A DNA stretch of 64,000 bases, taken from contig CM059449.1 in the NCBI GenBank assembly GCA_030390025.1, positions 34,472,001-34,536,000 of the forward strand, given 5' to 3'. The position numbers and the translations under genes are program-made. Shown piece by piece: positions 1 through 13,380 of this stretch. This DNA comes from Squalus acanthias. Lineage: Eukaryota. The first letter of the stretch is position 1. Each line of letters begins with the position of its first letter. Below the pieces are notes generated by a model, which had not been told where the DNA came from, did no database searches, and saw nothing but the letters and a program-made list of their open reading frames with translations.

Positions 1-460
1 TGAGATATCCCTTACCCTGGCACCATACCCTTCGTGATTCTCGTTCTTGGCTGCAGAGGGCGCGATCTATCCCCCTAATTCTAGAGTCCCTATCACTACC
101 ACATTTCTATTTTGTTCTTACTCCCCTTGGACAGCTTTCTGAGCCACGGTGCCTTGGTCTGCATTGTGGCTTTCCTCCCTGCAGTCTTTCTCCTTGTCCT
201 CACAGGTAGTGAGTGCTTCGTACCTGTTGGACAGGACCAGTTACTTTGGGACCACCTTGCCAAACACTCCAACTCCCCGCTACCCAGCTCCCGAGCAGTC
301 ACACCCTTCCCTTGATGAACCTATGCTTTCCTCTGGATTGTGACTGCATTCTGGATAAAACTGTCCAGAAATTGCTCCCTCTCCCTTATGTGTCGGAGTT
401 TCTTCAACTCGCACTCCAGCTCAATGACTCTGAGGCGGAGAGATTTTAGAAGGAGATATC
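1..460 (-). mobile_element. Degenerate CR1-group LINE ORF1 fragment
   Basis: Minus-strand translation LRLRVIELECELKKLRHIREREQFLDSFIQNAVT resembles the ORF1 coiled-coil region of the CR1 copy at 53376-53594/52978-53442. Confidence 0.6.
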
Positions 461-530
461 TCCTGCAGAGGATTCCCGAAAGTTGCAAACTGAGGTCGAT
501 GATCCCATTCAGGGCGACGATTTCAGGTAT

Positions 531-1921
531 TGAGTGCAAAAGACAAGGCTGAAGCTTTTGCAACCTCTTCAGCCAGATGTGCCGAGAGGTTGATCCTTAT
601 TGGGCAACTCGTGCGGTCCCCACCATCACAGAACCCAGTTTTCAATCAATTCGATTCACTCCATGTGATATCAAGAAACTGCTGAGTGCACTGGATACAG
701 CAGAGGGTATGGGCCCTGAGAACATCCTGGCTATCCTTCTGAAGACTTGTGCTCCAGAAGTAGCTGCGCCTCTAGCCAAGCTGTTCCAGTACAGCTACAA
801 CACTCGCATCTATCCGACAATATGGAAAACTGCTCAGGCTTGTCCTGTCCACAAAAAGCAGGACAAATCCAATCCGACCAATTATTGCCCCGTCAGTCTA
901 CTCTCAATCATCAGCAAAGTGATGGAAGGTGTCATCGACAGTGCTATCAAGCGGCACTTACTCACTAATAGCATGCTCACTGATGCTCAGTTTGGGTTCC
1001 GCCAAGACCACTCGGCTGCCGACCTCATTACAGCTTTGGGCCAAACATGGACAAAGGAGCTGAATTCCAGAGGTGATGTGAGAGTAACTGCCCTTCACAT
1101 CAAGGCAGCATTTAACCAAGTGTGCCATGAAGAAGCCCTAGTAAAACTGAAGTAAATGGGAATCGGGGGGGGGGAAATTCTCCACTGGCTGGAGTCATAC
1201 CTAGCTCAAAGTAAGATGGTTGTGGTGATTGAATGTCAATCATCACAGCCCCAGGACATCACTGCAGGTGTTCCTCAGGGCAGTGTCTTAGGCTCAACCA
1301 TCTTCAGCTGCTTCATCAACGAACATCCCTCCAACATAAGGTCAGAAATGGGGATGTTCGCATATGATTGCACTGTGTTCAGTGCCATTCACAGCTTCTC
1401 AGATAATGATGCAGTCCATGCCCGCACGCAACGAGACCTGGACGACGTTCAGGCTTGGGCTGATAAGTGGCAGGTAACATTCGCGCCACAGAAGTGCCAG
1501 GCAATGACTATCTCAAACACGCGAGAGTCTAAACACCGCCCCTTGACATTCAATGTCATTACCATCGCCAATCCCCCACCATCAACAACCTGGAGGTCAC
1601 CATTGACCAGAAACCTAACTGGACCAGCCACATAAATACTGTGGCAACAAGAGCAGGTCAGAGGCTGGGTATTCTGCTGCGACTGTCTCACCTCCTGACT
1701 CCCCAAAGGCTTTCTACCATCTACAAGGCTTAACTAAGGACTGTGATGGAATACTCTCCACTTGCCCGAATGAGTGCAGCTCCAACATCACTGAAGAAGC
1801 TCTACACCATCCAGGACAAAGCAGCCCGCTTGATTGGCACCCCATCCACCACCTTAAAGGTCCACTCCCTCCACCACCGGCGAACCGTGGCTGCAGTGTG
1901 TACCATCTACAAGATGCACTG
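531..1921 (+). mobile_element. Non-LTR retrotransposon (CR1-group LINE, family B) reverse-transcriptase region, truncated and with stops
   Basis: ORFs 577-1155 and 1156-1635 carry RT motifs (NYCPVSLLSIISKVME, QFGFR, GVPQGSVLG, FAYD for FADD). Confidence 0.9.
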
Positions 1922-4212
1922 AAAGTCCAAATACACCACATCCACTGGTTCTCCCTTATCTATTCTACCAGTTACATCCTCAAAAAATTCCAGCAGATTA
2001 GTCAAGCATGATTTACCTTTTGTACATCCATGTTGACTTTGTCCGATCCTGTCACTGTTTTCCAAGTGCTCTGCTATTACATCTTTTATAATGGACTCTA
2101 GCATTTTCTGCACTGCCGATGTCAGGCTTACCTGTCTATAAATCCCGATTTTCTCTCTACCACCTTTTTTAAATAGTGGGGTTACATTAGCTACCCTCCA
2201 ATCCTTGGGAACTGTTCCAGAGTCTATAGAACTTTGGAAGATGACCAGCAATGCATCTACTATTTCTAAGGCCACTTCCTTAAGTACCCTAGGATGTAGA
2301 TTATCAGGCCCTGGGGATTTATTGGCCTTCAATCCCGTCAATTTCCCTAACACCATTTCCCTACAAACACTGATTTCATTCAATTCCTCACTGTCATTCG
2401 ACCCTATGTTCCCGGACATCTCAGGGAGGTTATTTGTGTCCTCCTTTGTGAAGACAGAACCAAAGTATGTATTTAATTTGTCCGCCATTTCTTTGTTCCC
2501 CATTATAAATTCCCCTGATTCTGACTGCAAGGGACGTAGGCTTGACTTCACCAATCTTTTTCTCTTCACATATCTATAGAAGCTTTTACAGTCAGTTTTT
2601 ATATTCCCTGAAAGCTTACTCTCATACTCTATTTTCCCCCGCTTAATTAATCCCTTTGTCCTCCTTTGCTGAATCCTAAACTGCTCCCAATCCTCAGGTT
2701 TGCTGATTTTTCTGGCCAATTGAGATGCCCTCTCCTTGGATCTTACGCTATCCCTAATTTCCATTGCTAGCCACGGTTGAGTCAACTTTTTTTTTTATTT
2801 TTATGCCAAACAGTGATGAACAAATTATGTAGTTCTTCCATGCAATCTTTAATTGTTTGTCATTGCCTATCCACCATCAACGCTTTAAGTAACATTCCCC
2901 AATCCATCCTAACCAACTCACGCCTCATAACATCGCAGTTTCCTTTATTTAAATTCAGGACCCTCGTCTCGGAGTCAACTACTTCAATCTCCATCTTAAT
3001 GAAGAATTCTATCATATTATGATTGCTCCTCCCCAAGGGGCCTCGAACAACAAGATTGCTAATTAATCCTTTCTCATTACATAATACCCAGTCTAAGATG
3101 GCCTGATCTCTAGTTGGTTCCTCGACATATTGGTCCAAGAAACCATCCCGTATACACTCTAGGAATTCCTCCTCCACAGTATTGTTACTAATTTGGTTAG
3201 CCCAATCTATATGTAGATTAAAGTCACCTAAGATAACTGCTGTGCCCTTATTGCACGCATCTCTAATTTCCCATTTAATTCCATCCCCAACCTCAGCATT
3301 ACTGTTTGGGGGTCTGTATACAAATCCCACTAACGTTTTCTGCCCCTTGGAATTTCTCAGCTCTACCCATACAGATTCCACATCATCAGAGCTAATATCC
3401 TTCCTTACTATTGTGTTAATCTCCTCTTTAACCAGCAATGCTACCCCACCTCCTTTTCCTTTTTGTCTGTCCTTCCTGAATATTGAATACCCCTGGATGT
3501 TGAATTCCCAGCCTTGGTCACCCTGGAGCCATGTCTCCGTAATCCCAATTATATCATATCCGTTTACATCTATTTGCGCAGCTAATTCATCCATCTTATT
3601 ACGAATGCTCCTCGCATTAAGACACAAAGTTTTCAGGCTTGTTTTTTTAACACTTTTATTCCTTTTAGAATTATTATTTACTGTGGCCCTGTTTGATTTA
3701 CACCCTTGATTTCTCTGCCTTCCACTTTTGCTTTTCTCCTTCCTGTCTTTTGCTTCTATCCTTGCTTCCCTTTCCTCTGTTTCCCTGCACAGTTTCCCAA
3801 ACCCCTGCCATTTTAGTTTAAACCCTCCCCAACACCACTAGCAAACGCTCCCCCTAGGACTTCGGTCCCGGTCCTGCCCAGGTGCAAACCGTCCAGTTTG
3901 TACTGGTCCCGCCTCCCCCAGAACCGGTTCCAATGCCACAGGAATTTGAATCGCTCCCCCTTTCACCATTCCTCTTGCCACGTATTCATCTGAAATATCC
4001 TTCTATTTCTAATCTGACTAGCAAGTGGCACCGGTAGCAATCCTGAGATTACCACCTTTGAGGTCCTATTTTTTAATTTACCTCCTAACTCCCTATATTC
4101 AGCTTTTAGGATCTCATCCCGTTTTGTAGCTATATCGTTGGTACCTATATGCACCACGACACCTGGCTGTTCACCCTCCCCCTCCAGAATGCCCTGCAGC
4201 CGCTCCGAGATC
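1919..4212 (-). mobile_element. CR1 LINE: end of ORF1 esterase, APE endonuclease and N-terminal RT, 3'-truncated
   Basis: 3963-4295 VVVHIGTND (SGNH esterase); 2860-3627 NARS, ITETWL, YRPP, GDFN, LD (APE endonuclease); 1907-2785 KSPGPD, SQHGCTKGKSCLTNLLEFFE, VYLDFQ (RT). Confidence 0.95.
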
Positions 4213-4214
4213 TG

Positions 4215-5998
4215 ACCAAGTGCCATAATAACATCATTAATTGCCTGTCTGAAAGAGGCAAGAAAGTCAACTTTCTTCACATGAAGTGTACACATCTCTT
4301 ACCTCAACCCTTCAACCTGTTGCATCTGAGCATCTATGTCATTCCGTTGCGTTGAACGTCTTGCTGCTTCTCCCACCTGCTCTGCTGTATCAGGTTGGTG
4401 TCTGGCTGTCGAACAACAGTCATCTGTGCCTGGTACAGAGCTAGAGCGGCCAGGAGATGGAAAGGTGCTCTGCAGCCACCCAGGGTACATACCCCACCCT
4501 TCCACTAGCTGACGCAGCAAAAATTCCTTCTCCTCCTCCACCTCACTTACTGACCCCACTGCATCTGTAACCCGTTCCCCAATGCCCTCTGCACCCGCAG
4601 ACTCAACGCACTGTTCATCCCGTGTGTGAGAAGGAAGCTGTACACCTGTGGGAAGGAAACAATAAACATTTACAAAGGTGAAGCACGATCTGCCACATCA
4701 CAGAAGCTGATATTCAAGGCACACCTAACAGTTTTAAGCATAAAGTTGGACAGGCCAGCTCACCTTTCCTTACCCCAATGTCTGATTGGGCACCAGGCAC
4801 TGAACTGCCACGACTGATTCCAAGCAATTGCGTGACAATTTCCTCTTGCTCCTATAACTCCCTCAGACTGACAACACCACCGCGTGTCAGGGCACGCCCT
4901 CTGGCGTTGTTAACAATTTTACTCTAAAATGTAAACAGAATAAAATGGTAACTTCAGTTTTTCCCGCACCGACCACCCACCTGCCTTTGAGACAGGACCA
5001 CATGCTGCTTTGGAGACAGGGTTGTTTTTCACTATTTGAAATTTCAGAACTCAAAGCTGTAGAGTAAAGAATGGATGACCGGGAGCTAACCCCAGATCCA
5101 TAAAATTTTATGACAAGCTCTGATGCCTGGATAATGAAGTCACTTTAGAACACCCGTGCATATAAGATATTTTTTCAAAATAGTTCAGTTAAATTTAAAC
5201 AAGTATTGCAATTGACATTTCTAATAACTCTACAAACCTTGGCAGATCGCATCAAATCATTATTTTTTTTGCGGCATTGTTCCGCTGTCCATGGAATGCC
5301 GCTGACAGCCTGGGCAACTTCTGTCCAAGCTGTCATCTGTCCTTTGCACGGCGCTCTGGAGTTATCATTCCCAATGTTTCGCCTCAACCTCATTGAGGAG
5401 TGTGCTGAATTCATCACCAGTGAAATTCTGAGCTCTCTTGATCATGCGAATTGTGCTTGGTCCTTCCATTTCAATTTGCTGATGAATTAAAATTAATGAA
5501 AATGTTTTCAGGGCATTTCAAACTCTTTAAATTGCTTGAATTCTGTTTAAAACTATTTAAAACTATATAAGATTCTTCAAATCCATGTAAAAAGTCTTTA
5601 AAAGTTTTTAAAGTTTACAAAAGTTTTAAAAACCCTATAAAGAAAGAACTTACCATTGAGATTCACAGCTGCGTTCAGTGTTGAACGCCTCTGAAGAGTT
5701 CAAGAATTCGGGGGCGTGGCCTATGCAAATATAAATATAGATCGCTCTTGTGGGCGGGTCTACCCTCCGATCGAAACACGAGGCTGCGCGCACGCTGCGC
5801 TCCTGGGCAGCGTGACGTCATACGCTGCCCAGGATTCCTCCTCCAGAAAGCGAAAATCTCCGTGGGCGCAGTGACTTCAGGTCGGTACGAATCTTTTTTG
5901 CTGATCGGGGGTTTCCGTCCGCGGGAAGCCTCCGAGCGGAAAATACGGACCAGACTGTACAAACACTCGCACCCGCTGCATAAGGGAGCTTCCGCCCC
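4215..5998 (-). mobile_element. PIF/Harbinger-type DNA transposon remnant with a spliced Myb/SANT-like gene
   Basis: ORF 5175-5417 WTEVAQAVSGIPWTAEQCRKKNNDLMRSAK|GT is a Myb/SANT-like helix-turn-helix ending at a donor. Further exon-like pieces at ~4775-4925 and ~4299-4650; ATG|GTAAG at ~5650-5656; GGGGCGGAAG-type end at ~5998. Same layout as the element at 33791-37045. Confidence 0.65.
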
Positions 5999-6314
5999 AG
6001 GACCCGCAGTGACCCCACCATGAACTGTCTCCAGAAATCCATTTGCTCTTTGCTCTCCAACCCCGAGGAGCAAAGAACAGCTAGAGGTGCGTGTCAGGAC
6101 AGCAGAAATATCAGCAACACGAGTTTTACACATTGTAGAGCATTTTCTGCAATATTAAAATGCATTGCATTTTTTAAAATCTTGGACGAACTGTTCCTCA
6201 ACAATCTGTATAAACCTAATTATAACCCAGGGGCAGATTTGCTCTCTGCATTGTGCACAATGATATCCCAACCCACTCTTAAGTGCGGCTTTACTATTTC
6301 ATTAGGGTGAATTT

Positions 6315-7110
6315 TCCTCTCAGTTGGTCAATTATCTATTTCAATACAGATAAAAATGAGGTGGTACATTTTGGTAGGAGGAATAAGGAGGGCACATACT
6401 CCTTGGAAAATAAGTGTGTAACTGGGGTAGAGCAGCAAAGTGATCTAGGAATACATGCACACAAATTATTAAATGCAGCAACACTGTTTAATAAGACCAT
6501 AAAATGCAAACAAAGCACTGGGGTTAATTTCTAGATAAATACCATTCAAAAGCAGGGAAGTTATGTTAAACTTTTATTGAACCTTGCTTAGACCACATTT
6601 AGAGTATTGTGCACAATTCTGGTCTGCATATTATAAACAATGAAATAGATGCTTTGGAGAAAGAATTGTTTGCAAGGATGTCACTTGACTGAGAGGTTAT
6701 AACTATCAGGAAAAAATGAACAGGCTGGGGGTCTATTCTCTAGAAATCTTTCAGATTATGAAGGAGTTCGATAGAGTAGACTTAGAGATAATGTTTCTAC
6801 TTGTGGGGAGTCCAAATCTAGGCTGCACAAATATAAGATAATCACTAATAAATCAAACAAGAAATTCAGGAGAAGCTTCTTTACTCAGAGAGCGGTGAGA
6901 ATGTGGAACTCGCTATCACGTGGAGTGGTTAGGGCGAATAGCATAGACATATTTAAGGTGAAGCTACTTAAGTACATGAGGGAGAAAGGAATAGAAGGAT
7001 ATGTTAATAGGGTGAGATGAAGCAAATAGAGCGGGAGGAGGCTGGTGTGGAGCATAAACACTGGCAGGGGCCAGATGGGCCGAATGGCCTGTTTCTGTGC
7101 TGTAAACACG
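6315..7110 (+). mobile_element. CR1 LINE 3' fragment (old)
   Basis: EVVHFGRRN, CR1-type C-terminal region and 3' tail (gggccgaatggcctgtttctgtgctgta). Confidence 0.85.
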
Positions 7111-7841
7111 ATGTAATGCACCACGTGAAGTAAAGTGTTCGGTGTTGTAGTTCGTGACGGGCCCAAAGCGTATAATCCAAGAAACCTAACTATCAGCTAA
7201 TTTTTCATTTTCATGGATTTATTTTCTTATTGCTAACCAGAATGATTTCAAATAAACAACAACTTTATATCTCCAGGTCTGTTTCTCACTATCACCGAAT
7301 TGAAATGTGCGGTTTCGAGAATGTTTCTATTGTTTTGGGGTGGGGATGAACTATTTGTTCTCTCCTATACCGGAGGCAGTGACTCACGGTGGAGTGCACA
7401 GGAACCAACTGACATCGGATAGAACACCTTTCAGTCTGGGTTTCATGGGGGAGCCCAGACACTGAGTCTTGGTTTGCTGGTAAAGTTCCTCCCCCGCACG
7501 GGGGTCTCACTGGCCATTTATGATGTGACTGGAAGGAATCTTCATACTTGTTTTGAACAAGGAATTCCGTCCTTACCTCCTGGCCTGGCACGGTGCCCAA
7601 ACCAGCAGGTTTAAAGATTAAAACACAGGCGGGGGCGGGAGGAGGGGGAAACGTGTTAGATATACCTGTGGACATTTGAGCTTTCCCGTGAATGAAGTAC
7701 CCCTTTAAATAATATTAAATCCACCTTCCGTAATTGGTACAATGCAGCCAAGTTAACAACAAACTTTAATAATGACATCTTTCCCATAAAATCGGCGTTC
7801 AAACATTGATATAAATCAGGGGTTATATAAACCGAACAAAA

Positions 7842-9105
7842 TTATTAGAGTTTTTTGAGGATGTAACTAGCAGGGTAGATAAAGGGGAACCAGTGGATGT
7901 AGTATATTTGAATTTCCAGAAGGCATTCGATAAGGTGCCAAATAAAAGATTATTACACCAGATTCAGGCTCATGGGGTTGGAGGTAATATAGTAGCATGG
8001 ATAGAGGATTGGTTAACAGACAGAGAACAGAGAATAGGGATAAACGGATCTTTTTTCAGGTTGGCAGGCTGGAACTAGTGGGGTGCTGCAGGGATCAGTG
8101 TTGGAGCCTCAGCTATTTACAATCTATATTAATGACGTAGATCAACAGACCGAGTGTAATGTATCCAAGTTTGCTGATGATACAAAGCTAGGTGGGACAG
8201 TAAGCTATGAGGAGAACACAAAGTGTCTGCAAAGGCACATAGATAGACTATGTGAGTGGGCAGTAAGGTGGCAGATGAAGTATAATGTAGGGAAATGTGA
8301 GGTAGGAAGAATAGAAAAACAGAATACTTTTTAAATGGTGAGAAACTTTCAAATATTGATGTTCAGAGATATTTGGGTGTTCTCGTGCAAGAAACACAGA
8401 AAGCTATCATGTAGGTACAGCAAGCAATAAGGAAGGCAAATAGCATGTTGTACTTTATTGCAAGGGGTTTGGAGTTTAAGAGTAAGGAAGTATTGCTACA
8501 ATTGTACAGGGCATGGTGAAACCACACCTCGAGTACTGTGCACAGTTTTGGACTCCTTATCTAAGGAAGGATATACTTGCCTTGGAGGCGGTGCAACGAA
8601 TGTTCACTAGATTGATTCCTGGAATGAGAGGGCTGTCCTATGACGAGAGATTTTTTCGAATGGGCCTATACTCTCTGTAGTTTAGAAGAGTGAGAGGTGA
8701 TCTCATTGAAACATTCAAGATTCTGAATGGGATTGACAGGGTAGATTGAGCGGTTGTTTCCCCTGGCTGGAGTGTCTAGAACAAGGGGGCATAGTCTCAG
8801 GATAAGGAGTCGGCCATATAAGACTGAGATGAGGAAGAATTTCTTCACTCAGAGGGTTGTGAATCTTTGGAATTCTCTGCCCCAGAGGGATGTGGATGCT
8901 GAGTCTTTGAGTCTATTCAAGGCTATGCTAGATAGATTTTTTGGACTTTAGGTAAATCAAGGGATATGGAGATCGCCCGGAAAGTGGAGCTGAGGTCGGT
9001 GATCAGCTATGTTCTTAGTGAACGGTGGAGCAGGCTCGGGGCGGGGGGGCGGGGGGGGGGGAGGGGGGATATGTCCTACTTCTGCTCTTATGTTCTTATG
9101 TTTTT
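7842..9105 (+). mobile_element. CR1 LINE RT and 3' end, 5'-truncated
   Basis: ORFs 7893-8078 (YLNFQKAFDKVP), 8083-8334 (QGSVL, FADDTKL), 8754-8951 (FFTQRVVNLWNSLP); ttcttatg tail repeats near 9087-9100. Confidence 0.95.
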
Positions 9106-11291
9106 AAAATATCGCATCTGTTGAGTACCGTTATCGGGTCCCAGAAACTTTTCAAACAGTGCCTTTTTTAATGTACATATCTGCGCTCCTACAATTCTGG
9201 CCTGTTGTGCATTCCCGATACAGGAATGGCGGATCCGAATAACTTCCCAATGCAACGTTCCAATTTACTGGATGCGCTGGAGTTTCCAAGTATTCTATTT
9301 TAACAAATCTGAGTCTGAAAATACCGAAAGAAAGCGGACGAAAGTGAATTCACCATTTAGAATAGCATTGTCATTTCCTAGTTGGAGCTAAAGTCCCTCT
9401 GTATACACAATAGATGTAATGAGAGCTGGGCACGGAATGGTCGATGCCGTGATCCGACTGTGTAAGATGTTGTGGATGCATTAAGCAATGTGCTCTGTGC
9501 TACATTTGTTGTCGCTTGCGGTTTATGTGCAGTGACTTTCTGCTAACACTGTTAGACTCTGACTGACATAAAACGAAACTTTGCGGCTTTAGCATCTGCC
9601 GAACTGGACAGACACCCACGTCCCTTCAACAAAGCTGTTTCCGTTACGTGCTGCACAGTTCCGCATGTTCAGTGTTCCAACCGTGAGAAGACAGCTAGAG
9701 ATCATTGAAACCTTTGCAATTTGCTGCATAACAGCAAAACAAACCATGAACAAACAAACTGCAGCGAATATGTAATGTCCAATATTCCATATCCCAGGAC
9801 TTGTGCTGAAAAGAAGGCACATTTCCCGTCTGCCTTCATTCCGCGGATCCACACCATGACTAGACCCCGCCAGTGTAGTAACTGCTGTGGAGAACCTCTG
9901 CTATACAAGTTAAAGGGCACAGTTCCATGTACCAGTATTATTCATTCAACAGTATTCGCATTCAATAATCAGCACCGAAACCTTACCAGGTACGAAAATT
10001 CTAGGTCCAGTACAAGTGCTCTAACTTTACCAGTGCAGAGACAACTAGGCTACTTCTGGCGGTGGACATTGAAGTCCCCACTCAGCGTACATTCTGTGTC
10101 CGTGCTTCCCTGAGCCTTTCCTCCAACCTGCCTTCAATATGGAGCAGTACTAAATCCTCAGTTAAGGGAGAGTGGGCTGTTTTGGTAGCTGGGCTCCAGC
10201 AGCAACTTTCCTTAGTCTTGCTTGACCGAAAGCCATGAGATATTTGTGATAGAGTATTTGTGCGTGAGGAATGGCGTGGTCTGGTTGAGAAAGATTGGAA
10301 ACTCTCACTGGGGGACACAGGTTCAACACAAAACTGGAAGAATGTGCGATTTCATATCAGTGTGTTATGGGGTCACACCGCCCCACACGGTGATTTCAGA
10401 TCAGTGTGTTACGGCCACTTTCAAAAGTGCAGAATAGCAGTTTAAAGGAAGTCAGATGACACAGATCGAGGTTAATGGCTTGGGAGTTGAAAACTAATAT
10501 TAGGAGCAACTTTTCTCAAGGATGATGAAAGCTACGATAAATTCTTCAGTAGGAAAGCACGAATGGTAATCATTGGCGGTGTTCCCAATGCAGTTCGTAT
10601 CTACTCGGAAAGTCCTGTCCACGGAGGGATGAGTTGCAATGTGCCCAATGGCTTTTTCTTCTACAGTAAATGTCACCCTATATTTTACCACAATAAATAT
10701 TTGGCACTGGTCCTCCAGGTTTCTTCAATATTAGTTTAGGAAACATCATTGAGGAAAAACCTGGTAAAATATAAAGAAAAATATTCCCCGCTCACTGAAC
10801 GCTACAGGTGTATGCTGGGATATTAGGCCTAGTTAACAATCCCAGATTGAACCGTCACCATTCAACTCAAAGTCCAAGCTTCTGAAAGAGGAGGAGGCCT
10901 TTGAGGAAGACATTAAAAGATGCAAAAGACAATTTATTGAATAGAATTAATTATTCTATTGTAAAATATAATAGCTGACGTTTTAAAATGTAATCTCTTA
11001 TTGTGGACAATAGAATGTTCAGATAACCGCGATTGAAAAAAAACACAAAATATGTTTGAGTGTTTGGTTGGATCTGGTTTAAAAAGATCAACCCTGGATG
11101 GATGGATGGAGGGGCTGACGGGCGGACTTCCATATTTTAGGTGTCATTTTATCTTCTCAGGAAAGATGTATTAATTTTAACTAAATAAATATTTCTGTTG
11201 TCAGAATATAAGTTTAGACTATTGCATAAATTGCTCAGTGAACTGGTGTTTGTAACACTTGATGTTATTTCAATATGTTATGGTGTTCTAG

Positions 11292-11551
11292 ATTCTCACT
11301 CTTTGATGAATCACTACACACTGGACCATGGGATTTCTGATCTTCCGGACTATTGTATAATGGAGGTTGTGGATGGCTGTGAGATAAACTATTGTGACAG
11401 CAATATGTACATAACGGTTCCAAGGAAGCAGTGGATGGTGAATTCCTATTACACCAGTTACTGTGAGGAACTCATAATTACTGCAGCCAGTTTCCACGGA
11501 ATCAGAAAGGGCAACTTTCCAGAACGTTACAGCAGATGAACCTCAGTTCAA
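11292..11551 (+). pseudogene. Orphan MHC class I alpha1 pseudo-exon (paralogue of the gene at 16646)
   Basis: TTCTAG acceptor and A|GTAAGT donor. Translation (D)SHSLMNHYTLDHG...DGCEINY...ITVPRKQWM...FHGI matches the intact alpha1 at 43 of the first 74 residues (hand count). It is 260 nt versus 261 nt, so a 1-nt loss gives a TGA at 11537-11539. W60 is replaced by C and Y7 by N. Confidence 0.9.
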
Positions 11552-11726
11552 GTAAGTTGATGAGTAAAAAAAATCCCCCTGGATCCACCTGCTGAAGCGC
11601 AGAGCACGAGAGCACGCAATGCTAGTTGAATTCTATTATTTACTGTTGCCTATTCATTCAGCTGTACCAGAGAACTATGAAAGCAGTATTCTGTAAATAT
11701 TTTAGCAATATTCCAGAACAAGTAAG

Positions 11727-12050
11727 GGGGAGAATACAGTAGCCTAGTGACGATAGTACTGGATGTGTATCCCAAAGGTGTTGAGTCCAAATTCCAATAT
11801 GGGAAGTTGAAAAATTAAAATCAATGAATCTGATAATTTGTGGGCTATCAACAAGAAAAATGACCATGGAAGCTGGTGGATTATCATAAAACCGAACTGA
11901 TTCACTAATGTCTTACAGAGACGGAAAACTGACACTCTCTTTCTGGTCTGGCTTACAAGTGATTCTATCCCACCCAACATAGTTGGCTCTTAATGCAGTC
12001 AAGGCTGAAGGGATGGGCAATAAATGATGGCTTGCCAGAGTCGCTCAGTA
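11727..12050 (+). mobile_element. Putative tRNA-derived SINE whose 3' tail is shared with LINE family B
   Basis: A/B-box-like head (tagcctagtg...gagtccaaattcc). Tail gggatgggcaataaatgatggcttgccag matches the reverse complement of the LINE 3' end at ~37560-37591. Confidence 0.65.
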
Positions 12051-12124
12051 ACGCCACTTAAATTAAATGTTTTCCAGTCACTTCACCATCAACTGTTTTG
12101 CGCTGGGCCCGAGACAAATTTCCC

Positions 12125-13380
12125 CCTGGAGAATATAATATAAATTAGTCAGCATGAATTTGTAAAAGGAAGGCCATGTTTAACCAACCTTATTGAATAA
12201 GTTGAAGAATTAATGGAAAGAATAAACAAAGGCAATGCAGTAGGTGTGATCTACATGGACATTCAAAAGGCCTTCCTTAAGGTGCTCGATAAGAATCTCA
12301 TGGCAAAGGTCAGAGCCTATGGAGTCAGAGGTCAGATATTAGAATGAATTGAAAAATGGTTAGAATACAGAACATGGGGGTGGGTGGTAAGGGAAATTTC
12401 CCAGACTGACGGCAAGTGGGAAGTGCTGTCTCGCAGGGATCTGTGATGGGACCACTGTTGTCCACCAGAAACATCAATGATTTGGACTCAGAATGTCGAT
12501 GTATGGGGGATGATTTTGAATTTGGTGATCAGCCATCCGTTATACATTTCTTGGGAGATGTTTTCCCACCTGGTGTGGAAATTTGCACATGATAACAATT
12601 GGGGTGTCCAGCCAATAATGTGGAGGACTGCAATAAAATACAAGAAGACACAAGCAGGCTTGCAGAGTGGGCAAATACATGACAAATGAAATGCAATATA
12701 GCGAAGTGTGAGGTGGATCATTTTGGTAGGAGGAATAAGGTGGTCACCTATTCCTTGGAAGGTAAGAAACTAAATGTGGTAGAGGCGCAAACAGATCTGG
12801 AAACACAGATGCACAAATCCTTAGAAGTAGCAACGGAAGCTGATAACACCACAACAAGTGCAAACAAAGTATTGGGGTTCATTTTTAGCAGAACAGAACA
12901 TAAAACTGCGAGGTAATGTTACATTTATACAGAGCCTTGGTTAGACCAGACTTGGGGTACTGTGGGCTGTTCTGGTCGCCATGCTACAAAAAGGACATTG
13001 AAGCACTGGGGAACATACAGAATATACTTGCAAGGATGTTATCAGAATTAAGAGGACACAACTATCAGGAAAGATTGGACTGGGCTGGATCTGGTTTCTT
13101 GTAGACACTTACAGATTAAGTAAATAATTTCGGAGTCATTTCCTGATACACAGAGTGCTGAGAATGTGGAACTCGCTGCCACGTGGAATGGTTGAAGCAG
13201 AGAGCATTGTTATTTTTAAGAATGGGCTTGATGCATACCTGAGGGAGGAGTGAATATAGGGATATATAGGAGCAGGTTTTGAAGCAGTAATTAGATTAGG
13301 ATAACACCCCTGTGGAGTATAAAGACCAGCTAGACCAGTGAGGCGAATGGCCTGTTCCTATGTTAAAGATTCTAACATGT
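12125..13380 (+). mobile_element. Old CR1 LINE RT/3' fragment
   Basis: ORFs 12686-12916 (KCEVDHFGRRN) and 12916-13104 (LYRALVRPDLGYC); CR1 3' tail near 13345-13365. Confidence 0.85.

Noticed and set aside
5711-5740. GC box, octamer ATGCAAAT and TATA-like run as an Ig or snRNA promoter
   Set aside because: No V exon, RSS or snRNA follows, and it lies within the end of a Harbinger-type element.
9488-9535. Hydrophobic ATG-initiated stretch as leader of the upstream class I paralogue
   Set aside because: Ends in TGA with no convincing splice donor.
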